Origin: a bacterium
GTDB lineage: Bacteria > UBA8248
Direction: 5' to 3'
Assembly: GCA_965200245.1 (NCBI GenBank)
Contig: CBDATS010000015.1
Coordinates: forward strand, 32,001-96,000
DNA length: 64,000 bases
The translations under genes and the position numbers were made by a program. The notes below the pieces were generated by a model. It was not told the DNA's origin. It ran no database searches and was given only the letters and a program-made list of their open reading frames with translations. This document shows, piece by piece, positions 9,948 to 19,848 of the stretch (its first letter is position 1; every line of letters begins with the position of its first letter).

Positions 9948-10898
9948 ATGCGTAAGAGTGAATGTATGCCCGAAGAGAGTAATATGCCCGATTCAGCTTC
10001 AGAAACTGATGAATACCCGGTGATGTCTGAATCGCAGCTTCGGTGGGAGAAATTCCGCCGCAGCTTGATGCGGGCCAAACCGGCGTTGCTGGGCGGCGTT
10101 TTTCTCATCCTCCTGACGTTTGTCTCTCTTTCTGCTCCTGTTATCGCGCCGCAAGATCCGAGTCGGGTTGACGTGAACCTGCGCCTGAAGCCTCCCGTCT
10201 GGGTGGAGGGCGGAAGCGTCAGCTATCCGCTGGGAACCGATGCGCTCGGCCGGGATATTCTGAGCAGGCTCATGTACGGGGGACGTGTCTCCATTCTGGT
10301 GGGCTTGAGTTCGGTGGTGATTTCAGGGGTGATCGGTATCGTTCTGGGACTTGTTTCAGGCTTTTTCGGTGGAAAGATTGACGACATCATCAGCGGATTT
10401 TCCGAAATCCAACTGGCGTTTCCCTTCATGCTCCTGGCCATTACGATCATGGCGGTCGTCGGACCGGGACTGCCCAACATCATCGTGGTGCTGGGCATCA
10501 GTCGCTGGGTGGCGTATGGCCGAGTGGTAAGGGGGCAGGTAATCTCGATAAGGGAGCGTGAATTCGTGGAAGCCACCCGCGCTCTGGGCTATCCCTTGTA
10601 TCGCATATTGTTCATGCAGATTTTGCCCAATACCCTCTCGCCGCTCATCGTCATCGCCACCTTCGCCGTGGCGGGGAACATCATTTCCGAATCCTCGCTG
10701 AGCTTTCTGGGGCTCGGCGTTCCGCCCTCGGTCGTCACTTGGGGAGGGATGTTGTCCGAAGGACGCGAGTATCTGCGCGGTGCCTGGTGGATGGCGACTT
10801 TCCCCGGTCTCGCAATCATGGCGACTGTTTTGAGCATCAACCTCATTGGCGACTGGCTACGGGACTACATGGATCCCCGCCTCGGCGATGACATGTAG
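9948..10898 (+). CDS. Peptide/nickel ABC transporter permease (DppC/OppC family)
   Basis: PLGTDALGRDILSRL, EFVEATRALG (EAA loop), LSFLGLG; start could be a downstream ATG. Confidence 0.93.
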   Translation: MRKSECMPEESNMPDSASETDEYPVMSESQLRWEKFRRSLMRAKPALLGGVFLILLTFVSLSAPVIAPQDPSRVDVNLRLKPPVWVEGGSVSYPLGTDALGRDILSRLMYGGRVSILVGLSSVVISGVIGIVLGLVSGFFGGKIDDIISGFSEIQLAFPFMLLAITIMAVVGPGLPNIIVVLGISRWVAYGRVVRGQVISIREREFVEATRALGYPLYRILFMQILPNTLSPLIVIATFAVAGNIISESSLSFLGLGVPPSVVTWGGMLSEGREYLRGAWWMATFPGLAIMATVLSINLIGDWLRDYMDPRLGDDM

Positions 10899-10922
10899 AT
10901 GCCTGGTTTTTGGGGGATATAC

Positions 10923-12470
10923 ATGAAAAGGATTCTGTTATGCGGGTTTTGCCTGCTGCTCGTGGCGCTCGCCGCCTGCGGACGCGAAACGAGAAAGGGG
11001 CCCTTCACGATTCTGCTCTCGGTGGAGGCCAATACGCTTGATCCCCAGTTCGCGACTTCCACCATCGAGTGGAGCATATTGATGAACGTGTACGACCCGC
11101 TTATTGAACGACGCGCGGATATGACGCCGGGACCTGCCCTGGCCGAGCGATGGGAGGTGGACAAGACGAAAAAGATATGGACGTTTCATCTGCGCAAGGG
11201 GGTGAAGTTTCATAACGGGGAGCCGTTCGACTCGGAATCCGTGCGCTACACCTTCGAGCGGATGCGTGACGAGAAACTGAAGTCCCGTATTACGGTGCAT
11301 CGCAGGATTCACTTGGACAAGATAGAAATAGTGGGTTCCCACACCGTGAAGATTCATACGAAGCGCCCGGTCTCCATCCTGCCGGTCTGGATGGTGAATG
11401 CGTTCATGTTGCCGCCTAGGTACTATTCTTCCACCCCTCCCAAGGAACTTTTGAAGAAACCCGTGGGCACGGGGCCCTACAAGCTGGTGCAGTGGATCAA
11501 GGACGATCGCATCGAGATGGAGGCCAACGAGGATTGGTGGCGAGGCAAACCCGCCATTGAAAAGGTTGTATGGCGGCCGGTAGCCGAGGCTTCGGCCCGC
11601 ATTGCGGAACTTGAAACGGGCGGAGCCGACGTCATTATGAACATTTCGCCCGATCAGTCGAAAGCGATAATCGAGAGCGAAGAAGGCCTTCAGTTCAAGG
11701 GGGCACGGGGAGGGCGCAGGATTTACCTGGGGGTTCGTACAGATCACGGAGTGCTCTCCGACGCTCGCGTCCGCCGGGCACTGAACCATGCGATAGATTT
11801 CGAGGCCATCGCAAAGAACGTATTTCTTGGCCACGGTTCGCGAATGAGGAGCATCGTAAACCCACCGAACGCCGACCCTGCAATCAAGGCGTACGCCTAC
11901 GACCCCGCAAAGGCAAAGGCGCTTTTTGCCGAGGCGGGGCTGAGAGATACGAATGGAGACGGTGTCCTGGATGTGAACGGAAAGACATTTGAACTGAAAC
12001 TCGATGTTCCATCATCCAGGTATCTGAAAGGAAAGGAATTAGCAGAATTTATTTCGGCATATTATCGCGCTGTCGGCGTCCATGTAGAAGTAATTCCCCT
12101 GGAGTGGTCCGTATTTCTCGCCAGAAGAAGAAAGAAGACGCTGGCACCCCTGTATTTTCACGGGTTCAGTTCTGCTTTCAACGAAGAACTCGACCTTGGC
12201 GTGTTGCGCCCCAATCTTTTTGCGAACCTCACCGGATGGAAGAACCGGGATTTTATCCGAAAATACAGAAAACTGGGGCAGACGTTCGACCCCGTGGAAC
12301 GCAGGCGGATCAGCTACCGGATGCAGCGCATCGTTCATGAGGAAAGCCCATGGGTATTTCTTTGGAACCAGTACGATTTTTTTGGCTTGAGCGCGAGAAC
12401 GCAGTGGACTCCCAGATCGGATGAGAGAATCTACCTGCCCGCGATTCGCCTGAAAGATGTGAAAGAATAA
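10923..12470 (+). CDS. Peptide ABC transporter substrate-binding lipoprotein (family 5)
   Basis: Lipobox LAAC after ATG 10923; LRKGVKFHNGEPF, PVGTGPYK, VRRALNHAID. Confidence 0.93.
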   Translation: MKRILLCGFCLLLVALAACGRETRKGPFTILLSVEANTLDPQFATSTIEWSILMNVYDPLIERRADMTPGPALAERWEVDKTKKIWTFHLRKGVKFHNGEPFDSESVRYTFERMRDEKLKSRITVHRRIHLDKIEIVGSHTVKIHTKRPVSILPVWMVNAFMLPPRYYSSTPPKELLKKPVGTGPYKLVQWIKDDRIEMEANEDWWRGKPAIEKVVWRPVAEASARIAELETGGADVIMNISPDQSKAIIESEEGLQFKGARGGRRIYLGVRTDHGVLSDARVRRALNHAIDFEAIAKNVFLGHGSRMRSIVNPPNADPAIKAYAYDPAKAKALFAEAGLRDTNGDGVLDVNGKTFELKLDVPSSRYLKGKELAEFISAYYRAVGVHVEVIPLEWSVFLARRRKKTLAPLYFHGFSSAFNEELDLGVLRPNLFANLTGWKNRDFIRKYRKLGQTFDPVERRRISYRMQRIVHEESPWVFLWNQYDFFGLSARTQWTPRSDERIYLPAIRLKDVKE

Positions 12471-12471
12471 A

Positions 12472-13389
12472 ATGGGCGCCTATCTTTTCAGACGATTTCT
12501 CAGGGCCGTCGTGGTCGTGATCGGTGTGAGCTTCATTTCTTTTGCCGTTCTCTTCTTGTCAGGCGATCCGACCGATACCATGGTGGGTGAGGACTGGACG
12601 GTGGAAGAAGTCCAGAAACTCCGCCAGGACCTGGGCCTCGACAAGCCATGGTTTGTTCAATACGCACTTTACGTGAGCCGGGCCGTACAGGGAGATTTCG
12701 GCGAAAGCCTGCGCTACCACCAGCCCGCGTTTGAACTCATCATGGAGCGATTGCCCGCGACGCTGGAACTTGCCCTCGTGGCGCTGGTTCTTTCGATTAT
12801 CCTGGCGTTTCCGTTAGGTATCATCAGCGCGACGCAGCGTGGTTCTCCCTATGATCACGGGGGAATGCTTTTCGCGCTCCTGGGTCAGTCGGTCCCCGTG
12901 TTCTGGCTCGGTCTGATGCTCATCCTTGTTTTCGGTGTGACGCTGAGGATGCTGCCCGTCAGTGGCAGAAGCGGCTGGGAACATCTCATTCTACCCGCCA
13001 TTGCGTTGTCTACCTATTCGATTGCCAGAAATACACGGGTGGTGCGAAGTTCCATGCTGGAGGTTCTGCGACATGAATATGTGAAAACCGCCCGCGCGAA
13101 GGGTCTCTCGGAGTGGTGCGTCATCAACATGCATGTGCTCAGAAACTCCATGATTCCGGTGATCACCATTATCGGCCTCGAATTCGGTCATCTGCTTGGA
13201 GGAGCAGTGATCGTCGAGACGATTTTCGCATGGCCGGGAGTGGGGAGATTGTTGATTCAGGCCGTCTATGCCAAGGATTTTCCCCTCGTACAGGCTTCTG
13301 TGACTATCACCGCCCTGATATTCGTGTCTTTGAACCTGATTGTTGATTTGATGTATTCCGTCCTCGATCCAAGGGTGAGACTCCATTGA
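12472..13389 (+). CDS. Peptide ABC transporter permease (DppB/OppB family)
   Basis: LGLDKP, GDFGES, YVKTARAKGL, VETIFAWPGVG. Confidence 0.93.
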   Translation: MGAYLFRRFLRAVVVVIGVSFISFAVLFLSGDPTDTMVGEDWTVEEVQKLRQDLGLDKPWFVQYALYVSRAVQGDFGESLRYHQPAFELIMERLPATLELALVALVLSIILAFPLGIISATQRGSPYDHGGMLFALLGQSVPVFWLGLMLILVFGVTLRMLPVSGRSGWEHLILPAIALSTYSIARNTRVVRSSMLEVLRHEYVKTARAKGLSEWCVINMHVLRNSMIPVITIIGLEFGHLLGGAVIVETIFAWPGVGRLLIQAVYAKDFPLVQASVTITALIFVSLNLIVDLMYSVLDPRVRLH

Positions 13390-14324
13390 GCAGAACCGCC
13401 TATTTCTGGACGCCGGAATCTCTCCGGCACGACAACATGGGGCACGTGGAAAACGTAGAGCGCGCCAGACGCCTCGCGCCCGAGAGAATTCTCCCGCAGG
13501 TTCCCTCCCTCAGACACATGGAAATCGCGCCCCACGACGCCGGGAAGTGGGTTTTGCGGGTACATGAGGAAACGCACCACCGCTTCGTGCGCGAAACGTG
13601 CGAGAGTGGCAGGTGCGTTCTGGATGCCGGAGACACGCCAGCTGGCCCCGGGAGCTATGAAGCTGCTCTCGCCGCTGTGGATGCAGCCCTGAGTGCTGCG
13701 GATGCCGTCGTGGGTGGTGTGGTCGATAACGCATTTTGCGCGATGAGACCGCCGGGCCACCACGCCTTGCCATTTCAGTCAATGGGTTTTTGCCTGTTCG
13801 CAACTGCGTCCATCCTTGTCCGGTATCTTCAGGAACAACATGGTCTTCATAGAATCGCCGTGGTGGATTGGGACGTCCACCACGGAAACGGAACGCAGCA
13901 TATCTTCTGGCGCGATCAGGAAGTGCTTTTTGTCTCGATGCATCAACACCCCCACTACCCAGGCACGGGCCTTGCCATTGAAATCGGGGAAGGGGCAGGT
14001 GCGGGCAAGACGCTCAACATTCCCGTCGCTGCGGGAACATCCGAAGAAGAATATCTCAAAAAATTCCAGGAGAATGTCATTCCGGCCATTGAGGCGCACG
14101 ATCCCGAAGCTATCGTCGTATCGGCGGGTTTTGACGCGCATCGTGATGATCCGCTTGGTGGGTTGTTGCTCACCGAAGCCGGTTTCTCCCGCCTGACCGA
14201 ATGGGTGAAGTCGGTTGCCGCAAGCTTTTGCGGTGGGTGCCTTATCTGCCTGCTCGAGGGTGGATACAATCTTGAGGCTCTCGAGCGTTCCGTCCTTGCG
14301 CATGTACGAGAGCTTTCTGCGTAG
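13386..14324 (+). CDS. Histone deacetylase / acetylpolyamine amidohydrolase family protein
   Basis: RPPGHHA, GFC, DWDVHHGNGTQ, SAGFDAH..D, LEGGY; TTG start overlaps the permease stop. Confidence 0.92.
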   Translation: MSRTAYFWTPESLRHDNMGHVENVERARRLAPERILPQVPSLRHMEIAPHDAGKWVLRVHEETHHRFVRETCESGRCVLDAGDTPAGPGSYEAALAAVDAALSAADAVVGGVVDNAFCAMRPPGHHALPFQSMGFCLFATASILVRYLQEQHGLHRIAVVDWDVHHGNGTQHIFWRDQEVLFVSMHQHPHYPGTGLAIEIGEGAGAGKTLNIPVAAGTSEEEYLKKFQENVIPAIEAHDPEAIVVSAGFDAHRDDPLGGLLLTEAGFSRLTEWVKSVAASFCGGCLICLLEGGYNLEALERSVLAHVRELSA

Positions 14325-14469
14325 CTGACTTCTCCCTGGATTCCCAATCAGGCCAAAACCCGGTTTGTTGACGAACTGGAACAACAGAGCCCTTTGCACC
14401 AGGATTGTGAGCGTGGTTTCATGTATCTGTCTTGGACGCGGGAAGAAAGTTGAATGATAGGGGTTTGAA

Positions 14470-15618
14470 ATGAACGGGGAAGGTCGGGAATTCAGGCGCA
14501 GGGGGACTGTGTATTCCAGCGGGTGGGGGTGGATCGGCTGGTGCGTTTTTTTGTTGGGTGTCTCCCTCGCGTGGCTGTTCGCAAAGGGCTATTTCGATAA
14601 TCTTCACGATCCTGATGCCGTGCCCCGCGTCGTCACCCCACGGGGGGATCTCGCCGCCGAGGAAAAATCCAATATAGAGCTCTTTCGTCTCTCCTCGCCT
14701 TCGGTTGTCTACATCACGAGATTGGCGATGCGGCGCGACAGGTTCAGTCTCAATTTGTTCGAAATCCCGCAAGGCACAGGCTCGGGCTTCGTTTGGAATG
14801 ATCAGGGCCACGTCATAACGAACTTTCACGTCATCCAGGGGGCGAGTGCCCTGCGTATCACCCTAGCGGATCATTCCGAGTGGGATGCCCGTGTGGTGGG
14901 CATAGCGCCGGATCAGGATTTGGCGGTTCTCTTTATCAACGCACCGAAAAACCGCCTGAAACCCATTGCCATCGGGCAGTCCTCCAACCTGCAGGTGGGC
15001 CAGAAGGTATTTGCTATCGGCAATCCTTTCGGACTGGACCAAACGCTCACGACAGGAATCATCAGCGCCTTGGGTCGTGAGATAGATGGCGTGTCGGGTC
15101 GCAAAATCAGCGGCGTTATCCAGACCGACGCCGCGATCAATCCCGGCAATTCCGGAGGACCGCTTCTGGACAGCGCTGGTCGGCTGGTAGGCGTGAACAC
15201 CGCCATTTTCAGTCCCTCAGGCTCCAGCGCAGGGATAGGGTTTGCGGTTCCCGTGGATACGGTGAACAGGGTCATCCCCCAGTTGATTCGCCATGGCCGC
15301 GTCATCAGACCGGGGCTCGGCATCCACGTGGCCGACAGGGGAACGGCAGAGCGCTTTGGCATACGGGGCGTGCTGATCATCCGCGTACAGAAAGGCAGCT
15401 CGGCCGAAGGCGCAGGGCTGCGTGGTACCGGTAGAAATCGGGCAGGGAGCCTCGTGCTCGGCGACGCGATTGTGGGCGTGGAGGAGCGTTCGGTCACATC
15501 GCTCAATGATTTGCTGGACGCTCTTGATGAACATAAGGTGGGCGACGTCGTGGAACTCCACCTTCTACGCGACGGAAACCGGATGAGCGTGAACATAAAA
15601 CTGCAGGCACTGGGTTAG
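14470..15618 (+). CDS. HtrA/DegP-family trypsin-like serine protease with one PDZ domain
   Basis: N-terminal TM, GTGSGF, TNFHV, DLAVL, GNSGG. Confidence 0.93.
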   Translation: MNGEGREFRRRGTVYSSGWGWIGWCVFLLGVSLAWLFAKGYFDNLHDPDAVPRVVTPRGDLAAEEKSNIELFRLSSPSVVYITRLAMRRDRFSLNLFEIPQGTGSGFVWNDQGHVITNFHVIQGASALRITLADHSEWDARVVGIAPDQDLAVLFINAPKNRLKPIAIGQSSNLQVGQKVFAIGNPFGLDQTLTTGIISALGREIDGVSGRKISGVIQTDAAINPGNSGGPLLDSAGRLVGVNTAIFSPSGSSAGIGFAVPVDTVNRVIPQLIRHGRVIRPGLGIHVADRGTAERFGIRGVLIIRVQKGSSAEGAGLRGTGRNRAGSLVLGDAIVGVEERSVTSLNDLLDALDEHKVGDVVELHLLRDGNRMSVNIKLQALG

Positions 15619-15627
15619 GAGCGTGGC

Positions 15628-18042
15628 ATGGCGGTGAATTCGATACCAGAGACGCTGGATATTCCGGTCGAGGGCATGTCGTGCACGGCGTGTTCCGCAA
15701 GACTGGAAAAACGACTCGGCTCACTTGATGGCGTGCTGCGTGTGAACGTGAATCTGACCCTTGCGAACGCGCATATCGAGTTCGTAGCAACCCAGGTCAC
15801 GCCAGCGGACATCGCAAAAAGAGTGGAAAAAACGGGGTTTCGCGTTCCGCATACTCACATATACTTCACGATAGAAGGGATGGCAGACGCGGCTGACGCC
15901 GCAGGTCTGGAGGAGCAGTTAAGCGGGCTGGAAGGTGTCGTATCTGCCAGCGTCGATCTGTCGACGGGCCTCGCCCATGTGGAAATCCAGCCGGCTCTCA
16001 CTCGGGCCGATGAAATTGTCGAGCATGTCGCCAAGACGGGCTATTCGGCCCGGCCCGTACAGGATGAGGAACAGGACACGGAAAAAATCAAGCGAGAGCG
16101 AGAGTTCAGAAAAAGCCTGCGCCTGCTCGTGTTTTCCGCGGTTTTGTCCGCACCACTCCTTATTCAAATGGCCGGGATGATTCCGGGCGCAGGGGGCTGG
16201 GAGTTGCCCAGATGGTGGCAGTTCGCACTCGCTACTCCAGTGCAGTTCGTCGTGGGCTGGCGGTTTTATCGGGGGGCGTATCATTCGCTCTCGGGCGGTG
16301 GCGCGAACATGGATGTTCTCGTCACACTCGGCACGAGCGCGGCGTGGCTGCACAGCAGCGCGGTGACCCTATGGGGCTTGAGTGGACATCACGTGTATTT
16401 CGAGGCGTCTGCGGTACTGCTCACGCTCATTGTGCTCGGGAAAGTGCTTGAGGAACGGGCCATGGGTCGAACTTCCGAAGCCATCAAGAAACTTGTGGGT
16501 CTCCAGGTGAAGACGGCGCAGGTACTGCGTGACGGGCAAGAACGCGAGATTCCCGTGGATGAGGTCTGCGTGGGCGACATCATAATGGTGCGGCCCGGCG
16601 AGAAATACCCTGTGGACGGGATTATCCTCGAAGGGTCGACTTCCGTAGATGAATCCATGCTCACAGGTGAGAGCGTTCCCGTGGCGAAAAGCGTGGCCGA
16701 CGCCGTCACCGGCGCCACGCTCAACATTGATGGGGCAGTGAAGTTCCGGGCCATGAAGGTGGGAAAAGAGACGGTTCTGGCCCAGATAGTCCGGATGATG
16801 GAACAGGTGCAGCACTCCAAGGCGCCTATCCAGCGCACAGCGGACAAGGTTTCGGGCATTTTTGTGCCCATCGTGTTGGGAATCGCAGCTATTACATACG
16901 TTCTGTGGGACGTCACAGGGCCGTTTGCGCCTGCTTTGATAAACGCTGTCGCCGTTTTGGTCATTGCATGTCCGTGCGCCCTGGGCCTCGCGACACCTAC
17001 GGCCATTATGGTGGGGGCGGGAAAAGGAGCCGAAGCGGGGGTCCTCATCAAAGGCGGCGAATCCCTGGAGACGGCGCACAGGCTCGACGCCGTCATACTC
17101 GACAAGACCGGCACACTGACTAGGGGAACACCAGTGGTGACGGACGTTTTGCCGCTGGACGGAATAGAAGAAGGGGAGTTGCTCCGGCTCGCGGCAAGTG
17201 CAGAGCGCGGTTCGGAACATCCCCTGGGTAAGTCGATAATCGATGAAGCTGAAGCGCGCGGCACGGAATTGCTCGAATTGCGCGATTTCCGAGCCTTCCC
17301 GGGTTATGGTCTGGAAGCGAAAATAGAGAGCCGGAAGATATATCTGGGTAACGAGAGATTCATTGTAAAGCGTGGCTTGAAAATGTCCGGATTCGCCGAC
17401 GAGATTTTGTGTCGACTCGAATCCCAGGGGAAGACCGTCGTGTTCCTTGCAGATGAGGATGGAGTGTTGGGTGCCATTGGTGTGGCCGATACACTGAGAG
17501 AGAACTCCGCCGAAGCCGTCGAGTCGCTCAGAAGCATGGGAATCGAGGTCTATATGATGACGGGCGACAACGAGCGGGCGGCCCGGGCCACGGCAGTGCA
17601 GGCGGGCATTTCTCACGTAATGGCGGACGTGATGCCGGATGACAAGGCGGCTATGGTGCAGCGGCTCAGAAAAGAGGGTAAGCGGGTCGGCATGGTGGGC
17701 GACGGCATCAACGACGCTCCGGCCCTGGCCGCGGCGGACGTAGGATTCGCCATCGGCACGGGTACGGACATTGCCATGGAAGCGTCGGACATCACGTTGA
17801 TGCGGAGCGATCTGATGGGCGTCGTGGCGGGGGTACATCTCTCGAAAACCGTGATGCGGAAAATTCGTCAGAACCTGTTCTGGGCTTTCTTCTACAACGT
17901 ACTCGGAATCCCACTGGCGGCATTCGGTTTCTTGAGCCCTGTCGTCGCCGGTGCGGCCATGGCGTTCAGTTCCGTATCCGTCGTCTCGAACACCTTGCTG
18001 CTCAAAAACTGGAAGTTCCCTCGTTCGAGGAATGTGGCCTAG
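15628..18042 (+). CDS. copA: Copper-translocating P1B-type ATPase
   Basis: GMSCTAC HMA domain, TGES, CPC, DKTGT, GDGIND, YN and MAFSS Cu(I) signatures. Confidence 0.93.
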   Translation: MAVNSIPETLDIPVEGMSCTACSARLEKRLGSLDGVLRVNVNLTLANAHIEFVATQVTPADIAKRVEKTGFRVPHTHIYFTIEGMADAADAAGLEEQLSGLEGVVSASVDLSTGLAHVEIQPALTRADEIVEHVAKTGYSARPVQDEEQDTEKIKREREFRKSLRLLVFSAVLSAPLLIQMAGMIPGAGGWELPRWWQFALATPVQFVVGWRFYRGAYHSLSGGGANMDVLVTLGTSAAWLHSSAVTLWGLSGHHVYFEASAVLLTLIVLGKVLEERAMGRTSEAIKKLVGLQVKTAQVLRDGQEREIPVDEVCVGDIIMVRPGEKYPVDGIILEGSTSVDESMLTGESVPVAKSVADAVTGATLNIDGAVKFRAMKVGKETVLAQIVRMMEQVQHSKAPIQRTADKVSGIFVPIVLGIAAITYVLWDVTGPFAPALINAVAVLVIACPCALGLATPTAIMVGAGKGAEAGVLIKGGESLETAHRLDAVILDKTGTLTRGTPVVTDVLPLDGIEEGELLRLAASAERGSEHPLGKSIIDEAEARGTELLELRDFRAFPGYGLEAKIESRKIYLGNERFIVKRGLKMSGFADEILCRLESQGKTVVFLADEDGVLGAIGVADTLRENSAEAVESLRSMGIEVYMMTGDNERAARATAVQAGISHVMADVMPDDKAAMVQRLRKEGKRVGMVGDGINDAPALAAADVGFAIGTGTDIAMEASDITLMRSDLMGVVAGVHLSKTVMRKIRQNLFWAFFYNVLGIPLAAFGFLSPVVAGAAMAFSSVSVVSNTLLLKNWKFPRSRNVA

Positions 18043-18098
18043 ATTCCAAATGCAGTAATGTGCTCATGGCGTCACGAGATTTTTGGGGGAGATTATAG

Positions 18099-18299
18099 AT
18101 GGAAAGAGTGGAATTGATCGTAAGTGGAATGAGTTGTGAGATGTGCCAATCCGCTGTTCAGGAGGCACTGGGCGGCGTGGAAGGCGTGGCCGAGGTCGAT
18201 CTGGAAAGCGGCAAGGCGACGGTTGTATTCGATGATGGAGAGGCGAACCTGGACGCCTTACGCTCCGCTGTTCTGGAATCCGGGTTTGATGTAGAGTAA
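18099..18299 (+). CDS. copZ: Copper chaperone (HMA domain)
   Basis: 66 aa with GMSCEMC, directly after copA. Confidence 0.88.
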   Translation: MERVELIVSGMSCEMCQSAVQEALGGVEGVAEVDLESGKATVVFDDGEANLDALRSAVLESGFDVE

Positions 18300-18360
18300 A
18301 GGTTGACGATTGAGGCAAAACCACAATACTTTGATTTTCTATTCAAATAAACACAATATA

Positions 18361-18394
18361 TTGACAAAAAACTTGCAGGGTAATAACATTACCC
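18361..18394 (+). promoter_or_regulatory. Sigma70-like promoter with overlapping palindromic operator
   Basis: TTGACA (18361-18366), 17 bp spacer, TAACAT (18384-18389); inverted repeat GGGTAAT-aac-ATTACCC (18378-18394) covers the -10 box. Confidence 0.6.
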
Positions 18395-18401
18395 CTTAAA
18401 T

Positions 18402-18536
18402 TTCTCTCTGAAATACCCCATATTCGTTTGCAGGGACGGCCGCGAATATGGGTGTAAAGGGCAAGGCGACGGATACAGTGAATGCTCAGGCAGTCGAGGA
18501 CACGAAGGCTCGCACGATACATGGTTTCAGAGGGAA
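18402..18536 (+). other. Structured non-coding element (candidate ncRNA or miniature inverted-repeat element)
   Basis: TTCTCTCTGAAA (18402-18413) pairs with TTTCAGAGGGAA (18525-18536, one G-U); inner stem CCCATATTCG/CGAATATGGG (18417-18426/18443-18452). Confidence 0.4.
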
Positions 18537-18593
18537 TTGTGCCAATCAAGAGGTCATGATTTATACCGATTAACATTATGAGGATTTGGTGGC

Positions 18594-19425
18594 GTGAATC
18601 ATGCGATTCTTTCCTGCGAGGACAATATTCCGTTCATGGAACGATTGCCTGATGCAGCATTCAAGTTAATCGTTACTTTGCCCCCCGTACAATCTTGGAA
18701 AATCGTATGAACGCAAATCTGCACTTGATGTTTATCTCGCAACACAGGAGCGGGTCGTTAATGAATGTGTTCGCCTTTTAGACGATAAAGGCTCAATTTG
18801 CTGGCAAGTTGGCAACTACGTCGAGAATGGAGAGATTATACCTCTTGACACCCTGCTCTATCCGATTTTTCAGACAAAAGGGCTGAAACTCCGCAATCGG
18901 ATAATCTGGCATTTTGGCCACGGCTTGCATTGCACGAATCGCCTTTCCGGTCGATACGGGACGATCAACTGGTGGACGAAGGGCGATGATTACACATGGA
19001 ATCTTAATCCGATTCGCGTTCCTTCCAAATATCCTGGCAAGAAGCATTTCAAGGGACCGAACGCCGGAAAACTGTCGGGAAATCCCAAGGGAAAGAATCC
19101 AAGCGACGTTTGGGAATTTCCAAATGTCAAAAACAACCACCCGGAAAAGACAATCCATCCATGTCAATTTCCGGTAGAGTTGGTGGAGAGACTGGTTCTT
19201 TCAATGACGGACGAAGGCGATTCCGTATTCGATCCATATATGGGGGTTGGATCATCGGTTATCGCGGCTCTCAAGCATGGTCGTATCGGCTACGGCTGGG
19301 ATATCGTTGAGGATTACGTTCAAATCACGCAGGAACGGATCAAATTGCTTGAAACAGGCAATCTCCGCACACGGCCTATGGGAAAGCCGATTTACGATCC
19401 TGCTTTACCTAATGGCGGCCACTGA
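18594..19425 (+). pseudogene. N4/N6 DNA methyltransferase (beta class, M.BglII-like), frameshifted
   Basis: GTG 18594 gives MNHAILSCEDNIPFMERLPDAAFKLIVT; one extra base at ttgccccccg (~18678-18687) breaks the (S)PPY motif; shifted frame continues YNLGKSYE...HPCQFP...DPYMGVGSS. Confidence 0.85.
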
Positions 19426-19848
19426 TGGAGATTGGATAACTCAGGACCTTTGCACTGTGTGGAAATACAGGTCAATGGATTCGTAATTCAAATTGAATCA
19501 GATGGGATCTGTGCGGTGGGAGGACCACCAAAGATAACGTATCGAGAAACGGCTATAGCACCCTTTTCTGATCGCGACCCACTGCTCTACAACGAACTTT
19601 CGGACGTCATTGTGCAGGACGATTGGTAGTTGTTGCCGGAGCGAACCCGGCAGCGTCGATCCATGCGACTATCGCGATGGATATCGAGAGGGAGGACCAA
19701 AAAAGCGTTTTTGTTCGTGTTCGGCCAGGAGTGTTCGGTCTGCAAGGATTGAGCTTGGACATAATACGGAGTGTTTGAACTTTCCGCCGATTCGTATGCG
19801 GTTGTGGCCTGAGAAAAAACGAATCATGAGGGGCATGAGAAAAAAGAT

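Noticed and set aside
11940-11980. EF-hand-like DTNGDGVLD in the peptide-binding protein
   Set aside because: A common loop in family 5 binding proteins, not novel
16369-17838. 489-aa minus-strand ORF
   Set aside because: Antisense shadow of copA
18478-18490. 13-mer GTGAATGCTCAGG repeated at about 26631; resembles the CTCAGG of a glycine riboswitch
   Set aside because: 13-bp matches are expected by chance in 64 kb, and the other glycine riboswitch elements (GGAGA, CCGAAG) are missing
18399-18540. Possible 6S RNA or retron msr-msd
   Set aside because: Shorter than typical 6S and not a single rod with a central bubble; no reverse transcriptase nearby; kept only as an unassigned structured element
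19432-19629. 65-aa ORF after the MTase as the cognate restriction enzyme
   Set aside because: Too short and has no nuclease motif
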